From: Acidobacteriota bacterium | GTDB taxonomy: Bacteria > Acidobacteriota > Terriglobia > Versatilivoradales > Versatilivoraceae | Assembly (NCBI GenBank): GCA_028875575.1 | Contig: JAPPDF010000084.1 | Coordinates: 12,666-76,665 of the forward strand | Length of the DNA: 64,000 nt | Direction of reading: 5' to 3' | Shown: positions 55,987 to 64,000 of the stretch, piece by piece | Position numbering within the stretch: the first letter of the stretch is position 1 | How the letters are laid out: every line of letters starts with the position of its first letter | Translations under genes and position numbers: made by a program | Notes under the pieces: generated by a model | Seen by the model: only the letters and a program-made list of their open reading frames with translations | Databases searched by the model: none | Told to the model about the DNA's origin: nothing

Positions 55987-56493
55987 ATGATTCTGCAGTG
56001 GGTCAAGCACATCCTCATCCTTCCGGGAACCGTCCTCCTGTACATACCCGGTGCGATCCTGTGGCTGGTGGCCGAGACGCCGGGCGCCATTGCTCCGGCA
56101 GGACCGGGACAGGTCCGATTCTGGATCGGCATCGCCCTGGCGACGACCGGCCTGGCTTTGTCCACCTGGTGCGCCAGGCTGTTTGTGACGGCCGGGAGGG
56201 GTACACCAGCGCCTTGGGCTCCACCGGCGAGACTGGTGGTGCAGGGCCCCTATCGCCATGTCAGAAATCCCATGATTACGAGTGTGCTATTCCTCCTCGG
56301 CGCCGAGTCGCTGCTCTTGGGCTCGCGGCACCTGGCCGGGTGGATGGGGGTCTTTTTCCTGCTCAAGACGCTCTATTTCCTAAGGTTCGAGGAGCCGGGC
56401 CTGGAAAGGCGATTCGGAGCCAGCTATCGGCGCTACAAGGCCAACGTGCCGCGCTGGATCCCCAGGCTGCGACCATGGGATCCGGGGGGGTGA
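55987..56493 (+). CDS. Isoprenylcysteine carboxyl methyltransferase (ICMT/PEMT) family membrane protein
   Basis: GPYRHVRNPMITSVLF motif, multi-TM. ATG at 55987 has a GGGACAGGA RBS. The ORF is open from 55942. Confidence 0.7.
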   Translation: MILQWVKHILILPGTVLLYIPGAILWLVAETPGAIAPAGPGQVRFWIGIALATTGLALSTWCARLFVTAGRGTPAPWAPPARLVVQGPYRHVRNPMITSVLFLLGAESLLLGSRHLAGWMGVFFLLKTLYFLRFEEPGLERRFGASYRRYKANVPRWIPRLRPWDPGG

Positions 56494-56693
56494 CAGGTTG
56501 ACTGGTTACCCTACGGGCTCCCCTTGCGCCCGCAGCGGCCCCCTTCCTTCCTCTGGACATAGCGTGATCCACTTCTCCTGTACCGCCTCACCGACTTGCT
56601 CAAATCACTGTCCGAAGTATTCGTAGGGCGGGGGGAGATCAACTCGGATCCTTGCGGCGACGCGTATACTCAGAAACGAAATTTCACGTTACC

Positions 56694-56918
56694 ATGAAGC
56701 GACAACTGACCATCAGCGTGGATGCCGAGCTGCTCCAAATAACCAGGCATTACGCGCGCTCCCGGGGTGTCTCGCTGTCCTCCCTGGTCGAGAAGGCTCT
56801 CAGACAGGTTGCTGGAGACCAGGCCCCGTCCTTTGGGACTCGGTGGAGGGGCCGGTTTCGGGTCCCTGGCCATGACGATCCACGCTATGACGTACTGGCC
56901 AAGAAGTACCTCCAATGA
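56694..56918 (+). CDS. Ribbon-helix-helix antitoxin (VapB-like)
   Basis: MKRQLTISVDAELLQITRHYARSRGVSLSSLVEKAL. ATGA overlap with a downstream PIN-like N-terminus. Confidence 0.5.
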   Translation: MKRQLTISVDAELLQITRHYARSRGVSLSSLVEKALRQVAGDQAPSFGTRWRGRFRVPGHDDPRYDVLAKKYLQ

Positions 56919-57055
56919 TACTTCTGACTACTGACGTTCTCATTGATACCGCCCTCGATCGGAGTCTCCATTCCGAGACTGCTTCCGACCTTCTGGGACA
57001 GGATCGAGAGTGGCGCGCATTGACGCCGATACCGGGGAAGTCCCTTGAAAGTTGA
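56915..57055 (+). pseudogene. Truncated PIN-domain (VapC-like) toxin remnant
   Basis: MILLTTDVLIDTALDRSLHSETASDLLG matches a PIN N-terminus with conserved Asp, but the ORF stops after 46 codons. The rimI start (TTG at 57045) overlaps it. Confidence 0.45.
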
Positions 57056-57584
57056 AATTCGCCGGATGGTGGAGGCGGACGTCGCTCAGGTGGTGGCCAT
57101 GGAGAACTGCTGGGACTACTTGAGCAAATGGGGAAGGGAGGGCTACCTGCAGGTGCTCAGGAAGCCCTTTATTTTCTGCCCACTGGTGGCGGAAGTGGAA
57201 TCCTCCGAGAGGATGTCACCGGGCGAGGCGGGGACCCTGGCCGGGGCGGCCGTGTTGGCCTTGATGGTCGATCATGGGGAACTCTGCAACCTGATGGTTT
57301 CGCCCCGATACCTTGGGAAGCGGGTGGGCCGGCAGCTCCTGGCGCAGTGTCTGGAAGTGGGCCGGCAGCGGCAACTGACCCGCATCTTTCTGGAGGTGCG
57401 CCATTCCAACCACCGCGCCATCCGGTTCTACCGGCGCAACGGATTCGAGATCGTCTCCCGCCGCAGAAACTACTATCGGGATCCCCCGGAAGATGCCTGG
57501 GTGATGGAGAGGGAAGCGCCCAAGGATCCGTTGCCAAAGGGCGGTTCCCGCGTCCTGAAGGGGATGGACGTCCTGCCGCGGTAG
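57045..57584 (+). CDS. rimI: Ribosomal-protein-alanine N-acetyltransferase (GNAT)
   Basis: GNAT motifs (MVSPRYLGKRVGRQLL, RFYRRNGFE). Close to tsaB. Start may be TTG at 57045 or the ATG at 57066. Confidence 0.75.
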   Translation: MKVEIRRMVEADVAQVVAMENCWDYLSKWGREGYLQVLRKPFIFCPLVAEVESSERMSPGEAGTLAGAAVLALMVDHGELCNLMVSPRYLGKRVGRQLLAQCLEVGRQRQLTRIFLEVRHSNHRAIRFYRRNGFEIVSRRRNYYRDPPEDAWVMEREAPKDPLPKGGSRVLKGMDVLPR

Positions 57585-57702
57585 TCCGACCCTCCGCCCC
57601 CTACCATCCTGCCTGCAGCCTGAATCGGCCTGCTTCTTCATTCTCTTCAACCTCGAAGCGGCGCTGTCTGCGTCCCTCGGATGACTTGGGAGGGCTCGCC
57701 TG

Positions 57703-58137
57703 TCACGCGGATCCCGGGGTCCTGGTCCAGGGCCGCAGGGCCAGGTGAGCTCCCAGGATCACGAAGACCAGAAAGGCCGAAAGCAGGCAGTAATCGCAGA
57801 AGGCCTGCAAGATGAATGCCTGCACATGGAGCAGGTAAAGGGTTACCAGGAAGGCCGCCAGGCTGGCAATCAGGCTGAAGCGGAACACCTGCCGGAAACC
57901 CGACAGGCCGAAGATGCCGGCGGCGGTCACCGCCAGATAAAAGGCGAAGCCGAACCAGGCGATGGAGACCCCGCCCCAGTGGGAGTAGGGGCTGTTGAGG
58001 ACCTGGTCGCAGCCGCCGGCAGGACCGCAGGGAATCAGCAAGCCGGTGAGGCTGTGGAAGCCGACATAGCCGGAATCGACCATTCCGGCAAAGCCGGCCA
58101 GCACCATCACACGAATCGACCAGGGATTGGTGCTCAC
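57703..58137 (-). CDS. Vitamin K epoxide reductase (VKOR) family protein
   Basis: 4-TM protein with CGPAGGC and a later CDYC motif. 4-bp overlap with the upstream dsbA-like gene. Confidence 0.75.
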   Translation of the reverse strand: MSTNPWSIRVMVLAGFAGMVDSGYVGFHSLTGLLIPCGPAGGCDQVLNSPYSHWGGVSIAWFGFAFYLAVTAAGIFGLSGFRQVFRFSLIASLAAFLVTLYLLHVQAFILQAFCDYCLLSAFLVFVILGAHLALRPWTRTPGSA

Positions 58138-58868
58138 TGGAGAGACCGGATGGCGGCAACGATGTTTTGTTCGAACTCGACTTCGTCCCTGGTGTTGGAA
58201 ATGGGTTTCCCGTTCAGAAAGAAGGCGGGAACCGAGCGGACCCGGGCCATCTGGCCTTCCAGGATGTCACGGTTGATCTTCTCTCTCACCTCCCGAGACC
58301 AGATATCTCGCCGGAAGCGGGCCAGGTTGAGCTGTAGTTCAGCGGCGTACCGGAGAAAGATGGTCTGGGCGTCCGGCACCTTGGCCCATTCGGGCTGGCG
58401 CTGTAGGAGCAGGTCGTGCATTTCCCAGAATTTGAACTGGAGTCCGGCGGCCTCGGCCGCCTGGGCGGCAATCATGGCGTTGCCGTGAGCCCTCCGCATG
58501 GGGTGGTGCTTGAAGACGATTTTCAACCGGGAACCGTGCTTTCTGGCGATATTGGCCACGCGGCTGCTGGCGGAGGCGCAGGCCCCGCACTGAAAGTCGA
58601 CGAATTCGACCAGGACCGCCTTGGCCTGGTTGTTTCCCTTGCTCCAGCCCTGAGGACTGATCAGGGAACCGGCGTTTCGAGAGCTTGGGGCTGGCGCGGA
58701 GGCCGCCTGGTCGTCAGCGCGGCGCTGCAAGTAGAATGCCGCCCCCAGGGCCACCACCACCACCGCGGCCAGGATGGCCAGGGGCTTGGCGACCGAAGGG
58801 TTCTTTCGCCCCCCGGGCCTGCCGCGAGCCCCTGAACGCTGTCTTTGAGAGGAGGATGCCTTGGGCAT
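58134..58868 (-). CDS. DsbA-family thiol:disulfide oxidoreductase (membrane-anchored thioredoxin fold)
   Basis: N-terminal TM. Active site FQCGAC with a thioredoxin-fold context. Translationally coupled to VKOR. Confidence 0.75.
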   Translation of the reverse strand: MPKASSSQRQRSGARGRPGGRKNPSVAKPLAILAAVVVVALGAAFYLQRRADDQAASAPAPSSRNAGSLISPQGWSKGNNQAKAVLVEFVDFQCGACASASSRVANIARKHGSRLKIVFKHHPMRRAHGNAMIAAQAAEAAGLQFKFWEMHDLLLQRQPEWAKVPDAQTIFLRYAAELQLNLARFRRDIWSREVREKINRDILEGQMARVRSVPAFFLNGKPISNTRDEVEFEQNIVAAIRSLQ

Positions 58869-58913
58869 CAGTGCATTCTCCGAATCCGAGCCATGATTCC
58901 GTTCGCTTGATCC

Positions 58914-59495
58914 CTAAGGCGACAGGGAGATGTCATCCTTATTCCCCCGGATGCCGTCGGCGCCCGAGGACAGGATCTGCACTTCCCCGGGACCGGTGCG
59001 CTGCAGTATGAGGGGGCGACCCCAGGCGTCAAAGCGAATCGAGGTGGCCATGTGCCCGGGAAAAAGCAGATCGTTCAGCCCGGACAGGTTGTCAGCCTTG
59101 GGGTACTCCCCATGGACTCTCTTGTATTCCTTGATGCCATGGACCAGCTTGCTCAGGTCCTGACGGGTCTGTTGTTCTCTGGTCATGTCCAAAGCCTGCC
59201 GCAGGGTCTCGACCTGAACCCAGTTCCCGTCCGAAAACCGGACCGCTTCCACCTCCCACTTCCCCCGAGAGTTGCGAGTAAGCTGAAAAACCATGTTCAA
59301 GCTGGCTTCGGCAACTGCTTGTTTGCCTCCGATCTGCCGCACTTTTTGGACTTCCAGCGTTTTGCCCTCGATCTCCATGAGCCCCAGCTTCAGAATTCTC
59401 GTTCGGGCGGTGTCGCGGCTGAGCTTGCGGGAAGAGGCACAGGAGGCAAGAGAGCAAACGAGCGCCAGCAGCGCAATAATCCGAAACCCGTTCAT
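58914..59495 (-). CDS. Lipoprotein with type II secretion GspG-like C-terminal domain
   Basis: Lipobox LVCSLASC. C-terminal DAWGRPLILQRTGPGEVQILSSGADGIRGNKDDI resembles the GspG pseudopilin C-domain, but no prepilin leader is present. Start ATG at 59495. Confidence 0.5.
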   Translation of the reverse strand: MNGFRIIALLALVCSLASCASSRKLSRDTARTRILKLGLMEIEGKTLEVQKVRQIGGKQAVAEASLNMVFQLTRNSRGKWEVEAVRFSDGNWVQVETLRQALDMTREQQTRQDLSKLVHGIKEYKRVHGEYPKADNLSGLNDLLFPGHMATSIRFDAWGRPLILQRTGPGEVQILSSGADGIRGNKDDISLSP

Positions 59496-59515
59496 GGGCA
59501 AATCATCCTGGATTC

Positions 59516-59974
59516 TCAGGGCGCGCCGGCTCTGAGGAGCTGGACGTGGACGGCTCCGTTGACCTGCTGGGAGACTTGCAAGGCCTCCTGAACCACGGGG
59601 CGGCAATCCTGGGGCACTTTTTCGATGGTCTGGATCAGGGAGGCATTGATCTTCTGGGTGGATTTCAGGAGTGCCTTCAGGAGTTTCTGACCCCTTTTCT
59701 GGTCGGGATCTTCCCTTGCAGCCAGGTCGTCGGCCCGGTTCAGGGCCAGGGCATAACCGGTCAGGTACCTCCGGGCCTGGTCCTGTTCGCATTTCCGAAC
59801 CAGGATTCGGAACTGTTTGAGCCGGTCAAAAACGATGTCCAGGTATACACCCAATTGCTTTCGGGGGGTTTTGGCCTTCTGCAGGGCCTCCGCTTCCGAT
59901 GGGGAAAACTTCTCGGGGGAGAAGGCGTCCTCGGAGGCCGAGGAATGCTGAGCCAAGCCGAAAGCTGCCACCAA
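59516..59974 (-). CDS. Hypothetical secreted protein
   Basis: 152-aa ORF. A hydrophobic N-terminal stretch suggests a signal peptide. Start uncertain: no upstream in-frame ATG, and a TTG start is implied. Confidence 0.35.
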   Translation of the reverse strand: MVAAFGLAQHSSASEDAFSPEKFSPSEAEALQKAKTPRKQLGVYLDIVFDRLKQFRILVRKCEQDQARRYLTGYALALNRADDLAAREDPDQKRGQKLLKALLKSTQKINASLIQTIEKVPQDCRPVVQEALQVSQQVNGAVHVQLLRAGAP

Positions 59975-60041
59975 TATGCCGAGGGCGACCAGCCCGCGGA
60001 CCAGTGGCGCGCGGAATGATACGGGTGGCGGCAGCAGGGGA

Positions 60042-61166
60042 TTACCTCTCGTTCATGGGAATGTAGGGTGCCGGATGAGGAGGGCCGGTGTATTCCGCCC
60101 TGGGCCGAATGAGGCGGTTGTTGTCCAGTTGCTCGAGAACGTGAGCGGTCCAGCCGGAGATGCGGCTGACTGCGAAGAGCGGGGTGAACAGATCCACGGG
60201 GATCCCGAGGTTGTAGTACACGGTGGCGGAGTAGAAATCGACATTGGCATTGATGTTCTTTTCGCGCTTCACCACCTCTTCGATCACCCGGGAGGTTTCG
60301 AACCAGGTGCGGGTACCGGAACTCTCGGACAGGTCGCGGGACATGCGGCGCAGGTGGGTGGCTCTCGGGTCTTCGGTCCGATAGACCCGGTGTCCGAAGC
60401 CGCTGATCTTCTGCTTTCTGGCCAGGGCTTCCTTAATATAGGTTTCGGCTCGCTCGGTCTCCCCGATGTCGATCAGCATTCGCATGACATCCTGGTTGGC
60501 CCCACCGTGCAGGGGACCCTTCAGGGTTCCGACGGCCGAGGCAATGGCGGAATGGATATCCGTCAAGGTGGCCACGGTCACCCGGGCCGCGAAAGTCGAG
60601 GCGTTGAACTCGTGGTCGGCATGCAGGATGAGAGCCACGTCCAGGGCTCGCTCGGCGGTCGCATCGGGCTTTTTCCCGGTGAGCATGTAGACGAAGTTGG
60701 CGGCATGGGAAAGCCCGGGATCGGGACTGACGGGCTCCAGGCCGTTGCGGATGCGGTCAGCCGTGGCCACGATGGAGGCGATCTGCCCGGTCAGACGATA
60801 GGTCTTTCTCAGGTTGGCCGGTTTGTCGTTGGCCGCGACGTCGGGGTCGAAATGGGACAGGGCAGAGACAGCCGTGCGCAATACATCCATGGGGGGAGCG
60901 TCCGCGGGCAAGCTGTTCAACAACTGAACCACGGGTTCCGGCAAGTCCCTGCTGCGACCCATGACCGCTTTCATTTCGTCCAGTTCCGCTTGCTTGGGGA
61001 GGTGGCCGAACCACAACAGATAGCAGACTTCCTCAAAAGTCGAATGTTCCGCCAGATCGTGGATGTCTATGCCTCGATAGGACAGAATCCCCTTTTGTCC
61101 GTCGATGTAGCAGATGGACGAGGTCGCTGCCACAATATCCTGCAAGCCTTCCTTAAACCTGGCCAT
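60042..61166 (-). CDS. gltA: Citrate synthase (short ~375-aa type)
   Basis: GFGHRVY catalytic His motif, LHADHE motif. 374 aa. Confidence 0.9.
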   Translation of the reverse strand: MARFKEGLQDIVAATSSICYIDGQKGILSYRGIDIHDLAEHSTFEEVCYLLWFGHLPKQAELDEMKAVMGRSRDLPEPVVQLLNSLPADAPPMDVLRTAVSALSHFDPDVAANDKPANLRKTYRLTGQIASIVATADRIRNGLEPVSPDPGLSHAANFVYMLTGKKPDATAERALDVALILHADHEFNASTFAARVTVATLTDIHSAIASAVGTLKGPLHGGANQDVMRMLIDIGETERAETYIKEALARKQKISGFGHRVYRTEDPRATHLRRMSRDLSESSGTRTWFETSRVIEEVVKREKNINANVDFYSATVYYNLGIPVDLFTPLFAVSRISGWTAHVLEQLDNNRLIRPRAEYTGPPHPAPYIPMNER

Positions 61167-61367
61167 TCACAACTCCTTCTCCATCCTGTCAAGTAACCGT
61201 GCGATGTGCTTCCTGCGGGAAAACCGGCGGGGCCAGCCTGAAACGGGACACGCGGTCTGAAAGCGAGGCCGGAATTCTAAACCAAAGCCCTCGGTTGTGG
61301 GAAGGAAATTCGTGACCGGCAGGCCGCCCGCGGGAAAAGAGCACGGTGGCTAATTGACCGCCACTAC

Positions 61368-61901
61368 TCAAAACCACCAGGCCTTCCAGAGGAGCAGACC
61401 CAGGGCTGCGGAGAATCCCAGCACCACCCGGTACTCGCGGTTGCGGCGGTAGTGTTGCAGGCTGAACGGTGCCGGGTCGCGGCCGGTCGGCCAGCGGGTG
61501 GGGAGAAAGAAGGGGACGGTCTTCCGGTAGCCCGGATAACGGAGGGGGAACAGTTGCTTCAGATGTTCTTCCTCGGCCCGCATGGCCGGTCCGTACATAA
61601 GGAAGAAGCAGGCCAGAAACAGGGCCAGGATCGTCAGGCTGCTCCCGGCCAGGCTGAATCCCAGGCCGATCACGAAGCTGCCCAGGTAGAGAGGATGACG
61701 GGTGAAGGAGTAAGGGCCGGAGACGGCGAGTCGGTCGTTCTTGAGGACGTGGCCGGCAGCCCATCCGCGAAAGAGCATTCCCAGGAAGGCCAGAGCGATT
61801 CCTAACAGCCAGAGAGGCCAGGTGGGGCGCGCCAGCCAGATGTAGAGGCCGGCCAGGAGAAAACCGGCGGGGACGCGGAGGCGGGTGAGGATCGGCAGCA
61901 T
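61368..61901 (-). CDS. Isoprenylcysteine carboxyl methyltransferase / phospholipid methyltransferase family membrane protein (second copy)
   Basis: GPYSFTRHPLYLG motif, multi-TM. 177 aa. Confidence 0.7.
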   Translation of the reverse strand: MLPILTRLRVPAGFLLAGLYIWLARPTWPLWLLGIALAFLGMLFRGWAAGHVLKNDRLAVSGPYSFTRHPLYLGSFVIGLGFSLAGSSLTILALFLACFFLMYGPAMRAEEEHLKQLFPLRYPGYRKTVPFFLPTRWPTGRDPAPFSLQHYRRNREYRVVLGFSAALGLLLWKAWWF

Positions 61902-61914
61902 GAGGCGTTCCCAC

Positions 61915-62985
61915 TCAGTTGGACCGGGGTGGAAGCGAAGCCTGTACCCGGGGTTGCTCCAGGCGCCTCACCACCGCGTCGAAGACCTGATCCACCGTGA
62001 CCAGGGTCATGCACTGGCGCCGGTACTTGCGACACGTCCTCTTGTAGCAGGGCCCGCAGGGAACCGGCTGGAACACCGCCAGGTCCTCCGGGTGCGGGGA
62101 CCCGTTCCTTCCCGGGTCGGTTGGACCGAAGATGCCGACTACCGGCGTCCGGCAGGCCGCGGCCAGGTGCAGCGGCCCGGTGTCGCCCCCCACGAAAAGG
62201 AGGGCCCGCCGGGCCAGGGCAATGAACTGGGGCAGGGTGGTCGAAAAGGTCGGAGGCGGATCGCCCGAACAGGCCGCTATCACTTCCCGGACCAGGTCCT
62301 CTTCTCCCGGGCCCCAGGTCAGCACGGTCTTCAGACCCAGCTCCCGACGGATTCGATGGTGGAGAAGACCATAGTTGGAGGGAGACCAGTTCTTGGTTAC
62401 CCAGCCTCCTCCCGGATTGAGGATGATGAACTCCTTCAGGCGGCGTTGAGTCAACTGCGCCTCGATATAGGCTCGGTCCGACTCTTCCACCCTCAAGTCA
62501 ACCTCGCCTTGGCCTCGGGTGGTCCCCTGGCTGGCCACCAACGCTCGATGAAGGTCGCTGACGTGGGGGGGCGCGGGGTCCGGTGACACCCGCCTGCCAT
62601 AGAGGATGCGGCAACCGGGCTCTCTGAGGTGAGGCTTGTCGAATCCCACCAGCAAACGTGCGCCGGAAAAGAGGCCGAATACAGCCGACTTCCAGAGTCC
62701 CTGGAAGTCAAAGACCACCTCGTACCGTTGCTGCTTCATCCGGCTCCGACACCGGTAGATCTCCCGCCAGGTCCGGGGTCGCCACAGCGCCCTCCTCCAC
62801 TTGCGGGTATCGACTTCAATCACGTGGTCGAGCCGGGGATGGTTTCTCAGCAGGACTGCTGCCGGCTTCTCCACCAGCCAGTCGATCCGGGCCCGCGGGA
62901 AAGAGGTCCTCAAGTCCGAAAGGGCGGGTAGCGTGTGGACGACGTCACCGATCGAACCCAGCTTGATGATCAGGATCCGGTTCAT
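61915..62985 (-). CDS. Glycosyltransferase family 9 (LPS heptosyltransferase-like)
   Basis: [23 protein letters not shown]-terminus and GT9 fold pattern. 356 aa. Confidence 0.8.
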   Translation of the reverse strand: MNRILIIKLGSIGDVVHTLPALSDLRTSFPRARIDWLVEKPAAVLLRNHPRLDHVIEVDTRKWRRALWRPRTWREIYRCRSRMKQQRYEVVFDFQGLWKSAVFGLFSGARLLVGFDKPHLREPGCRILYGRRVSPDPAPPHVSDLHRALVASQGTTRGQGEVDLRVEESDRAYIEAQLTQRRLKEFIILNPGGGWVTKNWSPSNYGLLHHRIRRELGLKTVLTWGPGEEDLVREVIAACSGDPPPTFSTTLPQFIALARRALLFVGGDTGPLHLAAACRTPVVGIFGPTDPGRNGSPHPEDLAVFQPVPCGPCYKRTCRKYRRQCMTLVTVDQVFDAVVRRLEQPRVQASLPPRSN

Positions 62986-63500
62986 CGATCGTTTTTTTTC
63001 GTGGAGGGGGGCGATTCCCGGGTCCTCATCAGTCCCTTCAGCAGGCTCCGGGTGGAATGGTCCTTGGGATCTCCGGTAATGGCGATCCGTCCCCCGTAGG
63101 AGAGAACCACCTCCCGCTCCGGAACCGTCTGCTCGCTGTAATCGGTTCCCTTGCAGTGTATGTGGGGCTGCAGCGTACGAAGCACCCGTTCCACGTTCAA
63201 TTCCTCAAAGACCAGCACGTAGTCCACGCAGGACAGGGCGGCCAGGATTTCCGCCCGTTCCTGTTGGTGCATCAGAGGACGCGGAGGCCCCTTGAGTGCG
63301 CGCACGGAGGCGTCGGCATTGACGGCCACCACCAGGCAGTCGCCCAACCGGCGCGCCTCCCGTAGGTAGCGAACATGGCCCACGTGGAGCCAGTCGAAGC
63401 ATCCGTTGGCCAGCACCACCTGGCGGCCGCGCTTCTTCAGGTCTGTCACCAGAGGCTGCAAGGCCTCCAGGGAGAGGATCTTAGCGTTTGTCTGGAACAC
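62982..63500 (-). CDS. D-glycero-beta-D-manno-heptose 1-phosphate adenylyltransferase (RfaE domain II)
   Basis: Cytidylyltransferase motif [14 protein letters not shown]. 172 aa. 4-bp overlap with the GT9 gene. Confidence 0.85.
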   Translation of the reverse strand: MFQTNAKILSLEALQPLVTDLKKRGRQVVLANGCFDWLHVGHVRYLREARRLGDCLVVAVNADASVRALKGPPRPLMHQQERAEILAALSCVDYVLVFEELNVERVLRTLQPHIHCKGTDYSEQTVPEREVVLSYGGRIAITGDPKDHSTRSLLKGLMRTRESPPSTKKNDR

Positions 63501-63663
63501 CCCTGCTTCGCTCCTTATGACCGGCCTCGTCGTATGAGACGGCGGCGCGGCCGAGTGAAAAGTGAAGAGTGCAGAGTGAAGAGTTATTCGACCGACACAT
63601 TACGCATGTCTGAAGCATTCTTGTTTCAAAGTGTACGGTCGGCACGGCGCGCCGCCGGCACGG

Positions 63664-64000
63664 CTATCCATGAGAGCTGCAGGCTCTATCCCGGGCTACG
63701 GCCTCCTTGAGTTCCTGGCGGCTCACGGTGGCGGTGCCGTGCTTCATGACCACGAGTCCACCGGCGTAGTTGGAGAGGCGGGACGCCTCCTCGAAGCTGG
63801 CTCCGGCGGCCAGGGCCAGGGTGAAGACGGCAATGACGGTATCTCCGGCGCCGGTGACGTCGGCAACCTGGTCGCTCCCGAAAATGGGAATGGAAAGCGA
63901 GGGCTTGCGGGGGGTGAAGAGCACCATGCCATCCCGTCCGCGGGTGATAAGGACCGCCTCCGACTTCAACCGCCGCAACAGGCGCCTGCCGGCCTTTTCC
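63664..64000 (-). CDS. PfkB-family carbohydrate kinase C-terminus (heptose-7-phosphate kinase, RfaE domain I-like); gene continues past window end
   Basis: PfkB C-terminal motif [13 protein letters not shown]. The reading frame stays open to the window edge. Confidence 0.65.
   Translation of the reverse strand, partial: EKAGRRLLRRLKSEAVLITRGRDGMVLFTPRKPSLSIPIFGSDQVADVTGAGDTVIAVFTLALAAGASFEEASRLSNYAGGLVVMKHGTATVSRQELKEAVARDRACSSHG

Overview
This is a GC-rich bacterial chromosomal segment. The gene content is typical of Planctomycetota, Verrucomicrobiota or Acidobacteriota: a PSCyt1/DUF1549/DUF1553 plus DUF1501 gene pair, TPR proteins and PVM-type microcompartment shell genes. No rRNA, tRNA or CRISPR array was seen.

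The window is a mosaic of housekeeping genes (uvrA, ruvAB, mutS, folK-panB-panC, apt, queA, tsaB-rimI, glpX, citrate synthase, heptose/LPS-core genes) with accessory insertions. Five observations stand out.

1. A new ~244-bp MITE family is present in 4 copies. Each has ~20-bp terminal inverted repeats (GCCCGCATTTCTCACCAGG) and a TA target duplication. The copies sit at CTAG/TTAA sites, three of them exactly on gene stop codons, which is IS630/Tc1-mariner-like behaviour.

2. A short interspersed repeat built from 10-bp CACGAAGGxx units occurs 5 times. Two copies, together with two MITE copies, bracket an inserted NIPSNAP plus luciferase-like-monooxygenase module between uvrA and an aminotransferase.

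3. There is a compact microcompartment locus: rex, then a class II aldolase with a C-terminal encapsulation-peptide-like tail, then one BMC-H and three BMC-P shell genes. The usual aldehyde dehydrogenase, PTAC and acetate kinase genes are not adjacent. The locus lies directly upstream of ruvAB.

4. An operon of three paralogous membrane-anchored sulfatase/LTA-synthase-like proteins carries repeated novel C-terminal domains. It converges on a large SAM-methyltransferase gene and a tiny membrane-protein gene, which suggests an uncharacterised envelope-polymer modification system.

5. There are degraded toxin-antitoxin remnants, an FGE gene inserted between panB and panC, and several large inverted-repeat structures and recurring intergenic motifs.

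All calls rest on reading the sequence and the ORF translations against remembered family signatures. No database search was run.
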